Shown here: positions 13,563 through 26,200 of the stretch, in pieces | Numbering within the stretch: position 1 is the stretch's first letter | How the letters are laid out: each line of letters starts with the position of its first letter | Assembly (NCBI GenBank): GCA_965235115.1 | Contig: OZ249441.1 | Span: forward strand, 5,146,001 to 5,210,000 | Direction of reading: 5' to 3' | From: Laetmonice hystrix | Taxonomy: Eukaryota | Length of the DNA: 64,000 bases | Notes under the pieces: generated by a model | What the model was told of the DNA's origin: nothing | What the model saw: the letters and a program-made list of their open reading frames with translations, nothing else | Database searches by the model: none | Position numbers and translations under genes: made by a program

Positions 13563-13813
13563 GGCCCGGTTTCTTGGTGGAGCTTGAGCTGAAATTCTTG
13601 GCTCAAGCTCAAGGATTTGGAGCTTGAGCCAAGGATCCTCGGCTCAAGCTCAAATTTGGGTTTCACAGTCATGTCCCAGCTCAAGCTCAAGCTCAACGGC
13701 CGTCTGACTGAGAACCCCAAATTTGAGCTTGAGCCGAGAATCCTTGGCTCAAGCTCTAAATCCTTGAGCTTGAGCCAAGAATTTCAGCTCAAGCTCCACC
13801 AAGAAACCGGGCC
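13563..13813. mobile_element. 251-bp MITE, PIF/Harbinger-like
   Basis: Near-perfect ~98-bp inverted arms starting GGCCCGGTTTCTTGGTGGAGC; CAG target duplication at 13560-13562 and 13814-13816; internal TTGAGC/GCTCAA repeats. Confidence 0.9.
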
Positions 13814-13854
13814 CAGGTGTCGTCCTCCGTATAACAAACATCAAACTGTGCATT

Positions 13855-14001
13855 ATGAAGTTTTGTACTATCAATACGGCTTGGCTTAGCTTGAAGTTTT
13901 GTATCAAATACGGCTTTGCTTGGGTTGAAGTTTGTATCAAATACGGCTTTGCTTGGGTTGAAGTTTTGTATCAAATACGGCTTTGCTTGGGTTGAAGTTT
14001 T
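13855..14001. repeat. ~34-bp tandem repeat (~4 copies)
   Basis: ttgaagttttgtatcaaatacggctttgcttggg repeated with small variants. Confidence 0.85.
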
Positions 14002-14245
14002 GAAGATTTTTGTGTGTTCCTCACAGGCGAGCAAAAAGACACCTTTTTGACCTGGTTGGAAGTTGGATTCATACGCTGTAAGTTGGATTCATATGGAACC
14101 AAACCTGTCTGACTGCGAGAGTTTTCTGAGGCTTGACGGGAAAGTGTGGAAGAATACCTAATTGCGCGAGTCTTTCGCCAAAATGTTGGTGTTAATTAAC
14201 CGCTGTTTGTGTTAATTAACTGATGTTTGTGTTAATTACCTGGGT

Positions 14246-17200
14246 TCATAAGGTACTGGGACCCCCCGCAACCAGCACCATAGCTGGCGGCGCCACGGGG
14301 CCTAGAATGCCACATTCTGATTGGCCCACAGGATTAGGTGTCCTCAGCATACCAGGAGTAGCGGTTGTCATGGACGACCGTGGGGGACCATAGTCTACAG
14401 GGGTAGGTTCAGTTCGAGAGGGAGTCCTCCCAGGTAGGGTCACTACCGCCCTCTGGTGGGGATGACTGGAACCACCAGATTTGGTTACTGAGCGACTTTT
14501 TAAGCGAGACTGTATTGATGGTATTTGTCGACTAGGGCTGGCGGAGACGGTGGTTGAGGTCGGAGGTTGGGGATTGATGCCCGAGAGCTGCCTCCCCTTA
14601 GAGCCGGCTGAGGTCGTATCTGGTCGGTGTTGTAGTGCAGATACTTGCTGCGAGGTGGCGCTATGGGTCATATGTGAGGCTGCCCCCTGGCGGTGCTGCT
14701 GTTGGACGGTGGTGTCCTGGGCGGACATCGCTGCCGATAGGTAGCGCTGCATCAGCCATTCTGGGCCCTCCCGATGGAAGTTGTGGGACATGTCAAACAA
14801 GTTCAGCACAGACATTTTCTAGTACGGCTGTCAAGGAAAACAATATATTGATAATGGAAAAATCATCTGAATCATTTGGTTAATCACAATGTAAATATTT
14901 CACAAATTTCAGCGTTTCTACAAGAGCTGTTAACCCTGTAACAGGCTTGCTGCCACTGTCTCTGCCATTGTCAAGGATACAGACTTGGGTAAAGGGGGGA
15001 GCTGAACCATGGAAGGGGGCTGGCAGAGTCTTGCACCTCCTGCCCCTGTAGGGTGGAAATACTTGTTGGCTCGTGGGTTGTAGATGTGCATGTTGTTACT
15101 TTTGTTTGGTAGGAACACTGCAGGCAGGCTCACATCTGAAAAAAAAAGAAGAAAAAACAGTGAATTAGGTCCAGGGCCCGTTTTTTTTTGTTTACTTTTC
15201 CACCATGAGCAAGGGTGGGCTGAGCTGAGCAAGGGTGAGCATGAGATTTCTATTTCCGTGAGCATGCTCATCATGAGCACGCCTCATGGAAACACCCCCC
15301 CCCCCGCCCGGAAAAAAACCCACGAAAACGGTGAGGAAAACGGTGAGCATGAGCTTAATCTCACCCTTGCTCAGCTCAGCTCAGCTCACCCTTGGTGGAA
15401 AAGTAAACCAAAAAACGGCCCCAGAGACATCTTCCAACTATGCAGCGGCATTGATGGCTGTACTCTTATCAACTATGGTCTGAAGACTTTAAGTTTAGAA
15501 GATATATGCTCGTTATATGCCGTCCATGTATAGGCCTACCTTGTAGCGCATCAAAGAGCCCATCGTCAGTGGTGGCGTTTAATCGGTACTGAGACGCCAG
15601 TTTCTTCTCAGTGTTCTCACTGATCTCTGCCATCAACTGGAGGCGCAGCTCAGCCTTCTTCTGAGCTGTCAATTCCTCAAAATGCTGCAGTCGTTCGAAG
15701 AACTGAAACAATATCAAATTAAATGAAGCGTCCCACATTTTGTTTGGTGTAGGAAGTGCTGAGGAAGAACTTCGTCTTTGGTGTTTATAGTTGCTTAGAA
15801 AAATGAAAATATTAAACTATAAATACCTAGTTATGACAAAAGGTATAGGCTTTAAAGAGATACATGCACAGGTCTATCAAGTATAGATAAATATCGGTTT
15901 TCAGAACATTTCCCTCTAAAGCAAAAAAAAAAAAAAACTAAATGTAGAGTATCAAAAAGAACTGCCTCACATTTTCTGACAAATTCTTCCCCCATTTTGG
16001 CAAGGGTTTCCCGATTTGGATAGGTCTGGCCTGCAGGATGGTTTCTGTTCTGGAAAGTAACAACAGTCAAATGTTACAACAAATGGTAGTTTTAAATGAA
16101 AGCAAAAAAGCTCCAAGTACATGTATATAATGTTTATATTAAGTACACTTTAGATAACTTTATTTGAACTACACCAGGTTCCGCCAGTCCTTGACTCCCT
16201 GCAGCCTCCCTCCTCCCCCCTCCCCTCCCGACCCACTACACTTACTCTGTTTGTTTATTTGCAGGAGGCCTAGGGACACTGGCCTCCTGGGTTTGCCGGC
16301 TATAATGCTCAGAAGATGGCGCCACGTTCGCTTGGTGGGTGGTCCATGACCCTAGTGATGACCTCCGGGGACAGGGATGGTGGGTGGTCATAGCTTGGGG
16401 CAGCTCAGCCATCGCCTGCATCTCCAGGTGTTCATCTTGGAGGTTTTGGATGGTGGTCAGCAACTCTTGCAGTTTCTGTCTGTAGTAGAACACACATTTA
16501 ATACTGTATTTTGTATCCTGGAAGATTTGCTGGGATTGTAATTGTATAGTTAATTAGCAATTTTGATTTGAACTCTTACCTATCAAGTTGCTATTATTAT
16601 GTATTTTTGAGAACTTACTCATATTCATTTTGGAGCATTTCCATCTCCTCACTGTGGGCCGACATGAGATGATCGTACTCACTTCGTGAAACAGTCTCCT
16701 CCTGAGGAGAAACACATAAAACAAATCATTTAATTCCTGAAGAGAAAGGTGCATAAAAACTGGGATTGGATCAACCCTTAAGTATATGTTACCATGGCGA
16801 CACTGACCTCCTCTTTGGGAGGCTCCGGTGTGAAGCTGATGGTGGAGAGAGCCTCGTCCCTTGTCTCTTTGTGAAGGTCCTCCTTGGAGGTCACGGCAAG
16901 GTCAATTCCAGTCAGGTCAAGCACCAAGGCCGCCACACTCTCTGTCTCTGTGGGTACAGAAATAACCTGACTGAGTGCCTGCTACAGGTAGGCCACAACT
17001 ACGAAGACCAGGCAAGACCTCAATCTCTCTCTGACACAAACATACAAAGATCAAAGATCACAAACTTATACTGCCTTTCTGACACCATTCATCGCACAAA
17101 GTTCTATGATTTACTCAGTGCCGTATGAGGATAAGAATTTCTCTTCCCCTCACCTGTCATCTTAGACAATTTGACAGGTCTCTCCCTCAGAACCCAGTAG

Positions 17201-20200
17201 CACAGTAGTGGCAGACTCCCACACGGCAGGTGGACGGCATCGCTCTTCCCGCTGTGGATTGAATAAAGTGGAAAGTCGACAGGATCAAGGTCTCCGACAA
17301 CCTGGTTAATTCGCTCCTCGACTTCAGGGTCGACAACTGGCCTGATCACTTTATCTACTGCCCCTTCATCCTCCTTTATTTCAGTTTCCCTCTCATCATC
17401 CTTGTCTTCCTCTCCTGGATCCTCCTTGTCATGGAAGTTGGCCTTTTCAACCTCAGAAATGGCCACATCAGGAGATGTGATCTTTGCTGTTTTTTCAAGC
17501 CGTTCTTGTTCTTCCTCAATGGCTTTCTCCACATCGAAGACGTCTCCCACAGGAGGTGGCAGCACTACGGTGGGCAGCTCCTGTACGATGGTCAAATTGG
17601 TTAATGTCACACAATGCCTTGTAAATGTGACGCCCACGAGGATATATTTTTTGATAAAGAAGCAATGGATTCTAAACCTTTGTTGAAAAAAACATTTCCA
17701 GACATTAATAAGCCAGTACCTATGGAAAATGAAATGTTAAACAAAAAAACTCCACTCACCAAATCTAATAAATCTTCCATTTCTATTGTTGCCATAGCTA
17801 CAATTTCATCCCTTGGCCCAAAGTTAATGGCAGCCCTCAAGTGTTGAGGCCACTTCACTCTCTCCTCACCAGGTGGCAGCCATGTGCTTTTTAAAGTCTC
17901 CTCCTCCAATGGGAAAAAACACTCCTCATAACTGTGGAAAGAGATTGTACGCATCAAACCTTGAAAATCACTGAGTACATAGAAGATCCTGGCTGTTGCT
18001 ATTCTTGAGCTTTTACGTGGGAATGTTATCCGTATATGCCCCCTAGTGAGAAAGACTACAACTGCAGACTTTAGTTGACAGCCTTCTCACTAGGTGGCAG
18101 GACTTTACAATCACACTGATGAGACTCCTGAGGCTGAGATGTTACAACACTGGCAGCAGTGTCGATCACATATAATATTATCATAGTGTAATTTTATTTT
18201 CCTTACTTTATTTCTGGGCAAAATGATTCTACAACATGCTCTACTCACTGTTTATTATTCCTTGTGGCCTTCGTTTCCTTTGATAAAGTCTCCTCCTCGT
18301 TCTCAGGTAGTGGCGCCATCTGTGATGTTGTGGTCTTACTAGGACTCACTGTTGGACACGGACAGCCATTGAATGTGTGCATTGATGTAGGTGGGGAAAG
18401 AGGCTTTAAGAAAACCCTGGCATTACCATTAACTGGTATTGGTACTTCAAGTGTACTATAAATTAAAATCTGAAAACTGGAAATTGGATATCCAAACGGG
18501 CCGTTTTCTTGTTTAGTGCTAGAAACAAGTGCAAGAACAAAGTACAGAAATGGCTCAGTAGATAAACAGTCAAGAAGGAACTAACTTCTTGCCCATCCTA
18601 CCTCTTCCTCCCCGATTTCCACGAAGGCCACGCCCTCTAGTGGCTCGTTTTGGAGTTGATGGAGTCTTGGTTTCAGGCTTCTTGTCTTCCTGAAGAACTG
18701 GAATCCGAACTTCTTCTTCCTTGAATGAAAAATTCACAAAGCTATTTTACCCTTCTTACCTGTCCTCCTTGTTCTAGAACGACTCAGGGCCCAGGCTATA
18801 TGAGCCTTTAGATACACCTGTGCAGGTAACATATATAAGAGAGTCATACTAGAAATTAAAATTAATGTTTTGTATCAATTTCAAAGTCTTATACCACATT
18901 ATGGATTGAAGCTATGAGTGATGGCCAACCTAAACAGACTGAACAATCACATATCCTACCATCCCAAACTGCAGTACTTTAAAGTTACAAAAATTAAACA
19001 ATTATTACCTCTTGCTCAGTAATGATGTCCAGCACCCCTGTCTTGTACATGTCTGTCCCAAAGTTAAGGACACATTTAAGCTCACGGCAGTCAAGGCCTT
19101 CAGGCTTATAAATTCGAATGTGAAGTTCACGGTCAAGCTGCGGCTCTCCCGCCCAGACCCCCCTGTCTTCACAGGGGGGCTTGAAGACCACAGTCTTCTT
19201 CTCCTCTTCTTCAGCCTTCTGTTCATCAGAAGAGGACACAGAGCTGCTTGTTAAAATGTTGGTAATTTTACATTTATAAGCATAAACTACTTAGGGGCAG
19301 ACCATGGGTTCTCTAAGAGTGGCTACATTTGTTCCTGCCATAACAAAATTGTTTTATTTGTTTTTGGAAATGAAGAAAATAGGTTGCAGAGAACAGAAAA
19401 CCATCACCTCCTTATGTACCAAGTGGTCCACCCTTAGAAAGTCAATTACAAAATTAAAAAGTTGATTACTGAATTAACTGCTTCTCTGGTAGTGATACCC
19501 TTTATGTGGGAGTAAAGCATTCCTAGATATGGTATGAAGTAAAGGAATCAAGAGAACATTGAGAACTCACGGGTGGTGCGGAAGAGTTGAGCTCGAAGCG
19601 GACCTCACTGGCCTTTGTACCTTTCGGTGGATCCTCTTCCTCCTCCTCATCACTGCTGCTCTCAGCATCACTTGACTGGTCGTCTTCCTCCTCCTGGTTT
19701 GGCAACAGAGGGTCAACAAGTCAGCTCACAGTCACAGTTCATATATAAATCATGTATACTATGATTGGGTTACAAAACTTCTCTTTCTCTACAAGTCAGC
19801 AGTAACTTGTTCACCTACTTCCTGGGTGACAGACGGTGAGCCTGGGCCCACTTGTTGCATCTGTGTCTCCATCTCTTCCTCTTCATCCTCCTCTGCCTCC
19901 TCCTCCTCCTCGTCACCAGAGCTTGACTCCATTCCGTCAAGGTAAGCTTGCATCTCCTCCATTCTGAAGAAGTCAATGGTGCACTGGACAACCCATCACT
20001 AGCTTGTTGTGTGTCCTCTACAAGTCAATGGTGCACTGGACAACCCATCACTAGCTTGTTGTGTGTCCTCTACAAGTCAATGATGCACTGGACAACCCAT
20101 CACTAGCTTGTTGTGTGTACTCTACAAGTCAATGGTGCACTGGACAACCCATCACTAGCTTGTTGTGTGTACTCTACAAGTCAATGGTGCACTGGACAAC

Positions 20201-22648
20201 CCATCACTAGCTTGTTGTGTGTCCTCTACAAGTCAATGATGCACTGGACAACCCATCACTAGCTTGTTGTGTGTACTTTACAAGTCAATGGTGCACTGGA
20301 CAACCCATCACTAGCTTGTTGTGTGTACTCTACAAGTCAATGGTGCACTGGACAACCCATCACTAGCTTGTTGTGTGTACTCTACAAGTCAATGGTGCAC
20401 TGGACAACCCATTACTAGCCTGTTGTGTGTACCGGTACTCTACAAGTCAATGGTGCACTGGACAACCCATCACTAACCTGTTGTGTGTACTCTACAAGTC
20501 AATGGTGCACTGGACAACCCATCACTAGCCTGTTGTGTGTACTCTACAAGTCAATGGTGCACTGGACAACCCATCACTAGCTTGTTGTGTGTACTCTAAA
20601 AGCCAATGTATTTTTAATATGGATTTTTACATTTGACTAATTAATGATGATTGTGAAACACATGACCACCATGTTCTTACCCTTTATTAGCATGCTTCTT
20701 GAAGGCATCTATGAGAAATTTCCACCTCCTTCCATGGCCTTTAGCTGCAGTTAACTTTGCGAAGAGTTTCTCCCAGTTCATCACTCGCCTCTCTCGAGCA
20801 ATTCGCTTGGACTGTACATAGCAAGAAGGACATGTATATGTTAAGCCTAGTCTTCTCCATTCTTGTGTTTACAGGTTACATTGTGATAAATTATAAAAGG
20901 CCCACTCTACTCTCAGTTGATAGAATAAGAATCTTTAATTATAATGCCAATTAAGTACATGTATTGGTATCACTATTTTTTTCACCTACATGAGCATCAA
21001 TAAATTCCAGACGTTTGATAGCAATGTTAAGTTGTGTTTTTTTCCCCTCATAGTCATCGTGAAGTTTCTTAAGTGCTGTTGACTTTTCCTCCCATGGTGT
21101 AGAGTAAAGGCGAACCATGCGGATGAGCTCTCCCACTGGGACATGCATGTCACTAAAACTGATAGAAATTATAACATGCTCAACAATCACAATTAACATT
21201 ACAGGGTAGTTATAACAATAAAAGGGCTATATATAAATATTAGAATAGTCAAAAATAGTTACCTCCGAAATACTTTGGAGGTCACTAGTGCTGATTTGCT
21301 GAGGACTCCAGGTGGCAGAGAATGTTTTAGGAGTTCATCCTTCAGCTCCAAAAGCTAACAGAAAACAGACACATATTAAGCGCAGCCACAAGTTCACACA
21401 CACTTGCTGCCGGACCTGCAGCTTTTATACAAAAACAAATAAAAGCCATGTTTATATGGTGCCTAGGGGTACACAAGGGTATGTTTTAAACTACCGGTAT
21501 ACATGTGATCATGTGAACTGACACTGCAGAGTTTCATGCAGTGTTGCTCCTATCACTGCATGCCCTATACAATCTTTATCTTACCTTTATCCTTTGTCCA
21601 TGATAAACTTTTCCAAATAAAAAACACCAGATTTATCTACACAGATTATCTTTCTATCTGTATAATAAACCATAAATAGATTTTACAGCTTCATGATGTG
21701 AACTGCTAGATTTAATTATCTATCTATACAATATATTCAATCTTTTATATCTCAAGGAACAATAATGATCTCTCTGCAGATCAACTCTATAAACCCTACC
21801 CGTAATCGATCATATAATGTGTTGTATCTACCTCTTGGAGAGATGCATGGACCAAGGCCAGACATGCCAGCACACCATCACAGAGGTTGTCAAACTGATT
21901 TGGTTCTCCATTGTTTCTCAGACCATCATCTCCTTCTTCCCCACTCTGAAACAATGCCATATGATTAATGGCGGCAAGTCACTCCCCCCTTCAGCTGCTA
22001 CATTATGTCGTGCTTTAATTAAACCTTAATTATATTAATTATATTATTATATAATTCATATATAATTAATTATATAATTATATATTATTTAATTAATTAT
22101 ATCATTTTCTGCTGTCTGGAAACATGGTGTAATTAGAAGAGGACTGAGGATACCTCCGAGTCGGACCTGTCCCACGACTCCTCATCCTCCTCCTCCGCCA
22201 GAGCTTCCAGATTCAACCCTGCATCACAAAATGTTACATCACTACATCAGATACCAGATCTGTATATTGACATTGGCACTTGACATCATTTGTGCAAGTT
22301 TTACAATTAGGCTATCCTAACAGTTACATCCTTACAGTTACACTACAACATAACATTAGCAGAATGTCCTGACCACATAATAACCACAACTTTAATTGGC
22401 AAATTAACACTCCCTAGGATAATCAGACCAAAGCCAAGGCCAGGCATTTCAACTGACAACTTTCATCAAAGTCGTGCCGAATTTTATGAACTTTCGGATT
22501 TCCAAAAAGATCATGTCAGTAAATTACTAAATAGGATATATATCCAAACATTACTCATTAGACCGAGTCCTCATTCGACAACATTGAACATACAACACGC
22601 TGGTTACTTAAATTATACTTTAGAATTTAAAATACTACCTCTGTCCAT
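14246..22648 (-). CDS. Uncharacterised ~1,146-aa protein: acidic low-complexity and coiled-coil segments, probable split C2-like domain, S/T/P-rich tail; 20 coding exons
   Basis: Phase-consistent exons (5' to 3'): 22648-22639, 22218-22154, 21945-21832, 21354-21263, 21158-20990, 20811-20681, 19963-19819, 19693-19571, 19218-19009, 18719-18586, 18455-18249, 17931-17760, 17580-17154, 16947-16793, 16701-16619, 16479-16246, 16049-15971, 15702-15540, 15135-14981, 14818-14246. Sum 3441 nt with GT-AG at all junctions. The start exon and the boundaries at 18586, 16793 and 14818 have alternatives. Confidence 0.8.
15175..15421. mobile_element. 247-bp MITE, PIF/Harbinger-like, intronic
   Basis: TIRs GGCCCGTTTTT..TACTTTTCCACC / GGTGGAAAAGTA..AAAAAACGGCCC; CAG at 15172-15174 and 15422-15424; internal TGAGC repeats. 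A second copy lies at 45493-45747. Confidence 0.88.
19970..20605. repeat. 52-bp minisatellite, ~12 copies, intronic
   Basis: aagtcaatggtgcactggacaacccatcactagcttgttgtgtgtactctac; period 52 (19970 to 20022). It starts 3 nt from the minus-strand acceptor at 19964-19966. Confidence 0.95.
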
Positions 22649-23267
22649 TCTGATCCTCTTTTATTATTCTACGATGTTTCTTTTATGTATGGCCAAAGAA
22701 ATCATTTCCTTCATAAACGTAGTCCACTTCATCCATCACCGTCAATCCATTTTGTTGACAGGTTGCTAGGCCACTTGACCTATATTTGCCAATTGCCGAA
22801 CTGGGCCGTCTAAATTGTTTTCGGCCGAACTCTCCCTAATCTCGTTATATACGTGAATCTCGCGCGATTACATGTGTTTGAGCGAAAATAGAGGTAATCA
22901 CAATAACGAACATAAAGACGTGAGCAAAACGTGCTAACGTTGGTAATTCGCTTCGTAGTGACCTGGAAAGTTCTCGAAGTCGAAAGACGTGAATGCCGTG
23001 TGGGAGACCGCAGCGGCGGCGTTAGAGACGACGGTACGGCGGTAACATTACTCGACAGTGCCCTGTTCGGCTGTTGTACCGGCGTGGACGGTGTACCGTG
23101 CCGTGGGGCCCGTGCCGTGGTCTGTGTCAGTGGGTCGCTGACACTGACAGCGGACGAACGGCAGCCAGGCAGACCTGCTGACGCTGAAACTCGACCCAGC
23201 ATCTTCTTCAACAAGTTAACGCATTCTCTACATAACAGGACGAAAGAATAACTCATTATTCTTCACA
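22649..23267. promoter_or_regulatory. Probable bidirectional promoter and 5' UTRs (uncharacterised gene / TFIP11)
   Basis: Divergent start codons about 620 bp apart, with a CpG-rich core at ~22980-23190. Confidence 0.6.
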
Positions 23268-26200
23268 ATGTCTTCCCCAGAAGTTGAACGGTTTGAAGTT
23301 ACTGAGGATGATTTGCAAAATGAATTTAATCCGTACAGAAAACAGTTTCGACAAACAAAACACCAGGCCACATACGGTAAATAATAATGTTATTTGTATT
23401 TTGTGTATCATGTTTTTGATTTAATATGATGTAGGTGCAACCTAGAGGGCGAGTGCAGCGACGGGATGCCTACAATATTAGGCCTATAACGTTACTATAA
23501 CAATATACAATGTCAGGACTGGTCACTTAGCAGCACGGACGTCGGGATATTGTGGCGTCACAGTGAACAAAGACTCACGCGACCGTTTGTGCACTGTGAC
23601 GTCACAAATCACACGCGCGCTGCAAGGGTCACATGACCCTCCATGGATTTCTCCATGGATTTGCTCCATGGTTTTTCCGGTTCCGGTTTTACGTGACGAA
23701 ATTTTTTGGTGAGACGGTATGTGTCACCTTGGCTACCGTTTCACACGTGTTGTCATAGAGCTCGCTTCGCGAGCCGCTGCGCGGCTCGCTTGCGCTCGCT
23801 ATTAATTATAGTATGATGTAGGTGCTACCTAGAGTAAAGGGTGAACACAGGACAGTGCCGGGAGTGCCACTCAATGACAAGTCACTTAGCAACACCTAAG
23901 GCTAAGGCCACTTAAAATTAATAAATTGTTTTACATGACTCCAACTTCTGAAATGTTGGTCAGTAGGGCATTTTATATTTTATATTTTTCCTCGACAAGA
24001 AGAAGGACAGCAGAGATCACCAATACTGGAAAAATACTTTTAATTTCTCAATATTTTATACACCACTGATAGTTGGCGCGCGGCGTGCGCTTGCACTGAC
24101 GATCTCTAACGGTTTTGGGGATGAAAAAAACAGACTTTTTGAAAAATATAAAATATAAAAAAAATCGAGGCGGCACCAAAAAATTGAGGCGGCCGGCCCT
24201 GTAAAACAATTTATTAATTTTAAGTGGCCTAATGTCCTGATATTGTGACATCACAATGGAAGGTTTATTCAATAAACATTCACACAATGTTTTTTGATAA
24301 AACAATTTGAGACAAAAATGTGACTGATCCTCGACCTAACCCTAACCTAAGCAATTTGTTTGGATTTTCTAATTAGTCAAATTAATATCATCTTATATCA
24401 AATTCAGCCATTGCCAGCTAGATGCCAAGAAATGAATAATCTACAGGTACCTTGTGTGTAAACCATTTTGCCTTTTGCATGTATCATGATGCCATTCAGA
24501 AGTAAACTGGTTATAACGTCTTTGCAGGAATATGGGCTGACGAAGATAGCGATGAGGAACGACCAAGTTTTGGGGGCAGTGGGGGGAGGAATAAGAAAGA
24601 TTATACTGCTCCCATGAACTTTGTAAGTGGAGGTATCAAGGTCGGTGACAAGGTTGAAAAGGTGAAAAGTGAAGATGGAGCAGACAATATCAGTGTAAGT
24701 ATTAACAAATTTAGTATAGCTGTCCCATCCACATGTTTCAGTATACCGTATATGTCCCTTTAGCCGCGCACTACCTATTTGCAGCGCAACCCCACATTTT
24801 TTCAATCAAGCTGTGACGGAAACCCGTATTCGACGTGGCACCTAGTGTAAAATTTTGTAAGCTCCCGGCGCAACTTCCCTATTGCCGCGCACTGCTTTTC
24901 TGCACACGCACATGCGCGGCTAAAGGGACATATAGGGTAATTAACTAGAGGGTGCTCAGTAGTGCGCATTCCTCTGCCAAGTGGAGCAGTCCCCCATTTT
25001 GGCCTATCTCACAATGGTAAAGTAATGGCAAATGATCCTGAATCCACGAAAACATGGATTTTCCCCAAGATCTAAACAATTGTTCCCAGACATGAGACCA
25101 ATCATACCTGAAAGTTTCATGAAAGTGTGAACATTACTTTTTGGAGATATTTTGAAAACAGAGAAACAAACAGATAGACCGACAGGGCTGAAAACATAAC
25201 CTCCTTCTGACTTCGTTGGCAGAGGTAACTTGGAAGTAACAGTTGGTCAGCCAAGTATAGAGCCAGTCAATTTCCACGATCGCGGAATCGCGGACGGAAT
25301 CGTGGAATTTACTATTTGAAACGGAATTTACTATCTGAAACAGAATTTCCAGTGTAAAACGGAAAACGTCTTTTTTACTACTGGTAATTCCCCAGCTGAC
25401 CGTATACAGTGTAGCTGGGACCTGGATTGGCCTGGCTGGACCCGCTAGAGGAGTGAGGTGGGAGGGTCATGAATATGCTCGAGCTCTTCTTATACTGAGA
25501 AAATACTAAAACGGAAAAAAAACGGAATTGTAAAAGTTCAAAACGGAATTTCCTGGCAAGGATCACGGAATTTGACTGGGTCTACAAGTACACAAATCTA
25601 CTGTTCCATTTCTTGGTGTGAAATATTTGGAGAATTAATTTGTTTAAGCTAAGTGCCATACAAATAGTTTGATAATTATTGAAAGATGATGTAAACAAGT
25701 ACATGTTGTATGTTGTCTAGGATTCAGATGAAGAGGAGATGCAGATGGTCAACAGGTATGGGAAGCAGAGAGGCCGGCCAGCTTTTAGAGGATCTGCATA
25801 TAAAAATATACCAGGCCAGCGGGATGGGTCCTCAGGCCAAGGGTAAGTACTGTAAAGTTCCTAGTACATGTATTTACACTGCCCTGGAAACTTTTTTTTT
25901 TATTTGTGGAGGGTATTCTGGATTGGTATTTACAGAGATATTCAGTGTCTTATTTCTTGTTTCAGGGGTATTGGCAGCTGGGAAGTGCACACAACGGGGA
26001 TTGCTTCCAAAATTATGGCTAAGGTAAGACCTAGCAAGAGAAGTTTTCACACAAATCAGTGTCCAACTTCCAAGATGTTTGGTATCGTATTTTTGCAATG
26101 TAAAGCTATGACCTGTGTGATGCATTTTTACCCTGGTAAGCTTTATTATATGTCCTGAATACATTGATATACTGTAATAAGCAAAAGGGTACATATCAAC

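Noticed and set aside
15084-15533. 149-aa plus-strand ORF and neighbours
   Set aside because: They read through the MITE and antisense to real exons.
23425-23834. 23-bp direct repeat pair around a GC hairpin (gagccgctgcgcggctc), possibly a Helentron-type element
   Set aside because: Boundaries and superfamily cannot be defined; likely a repeat remnant.
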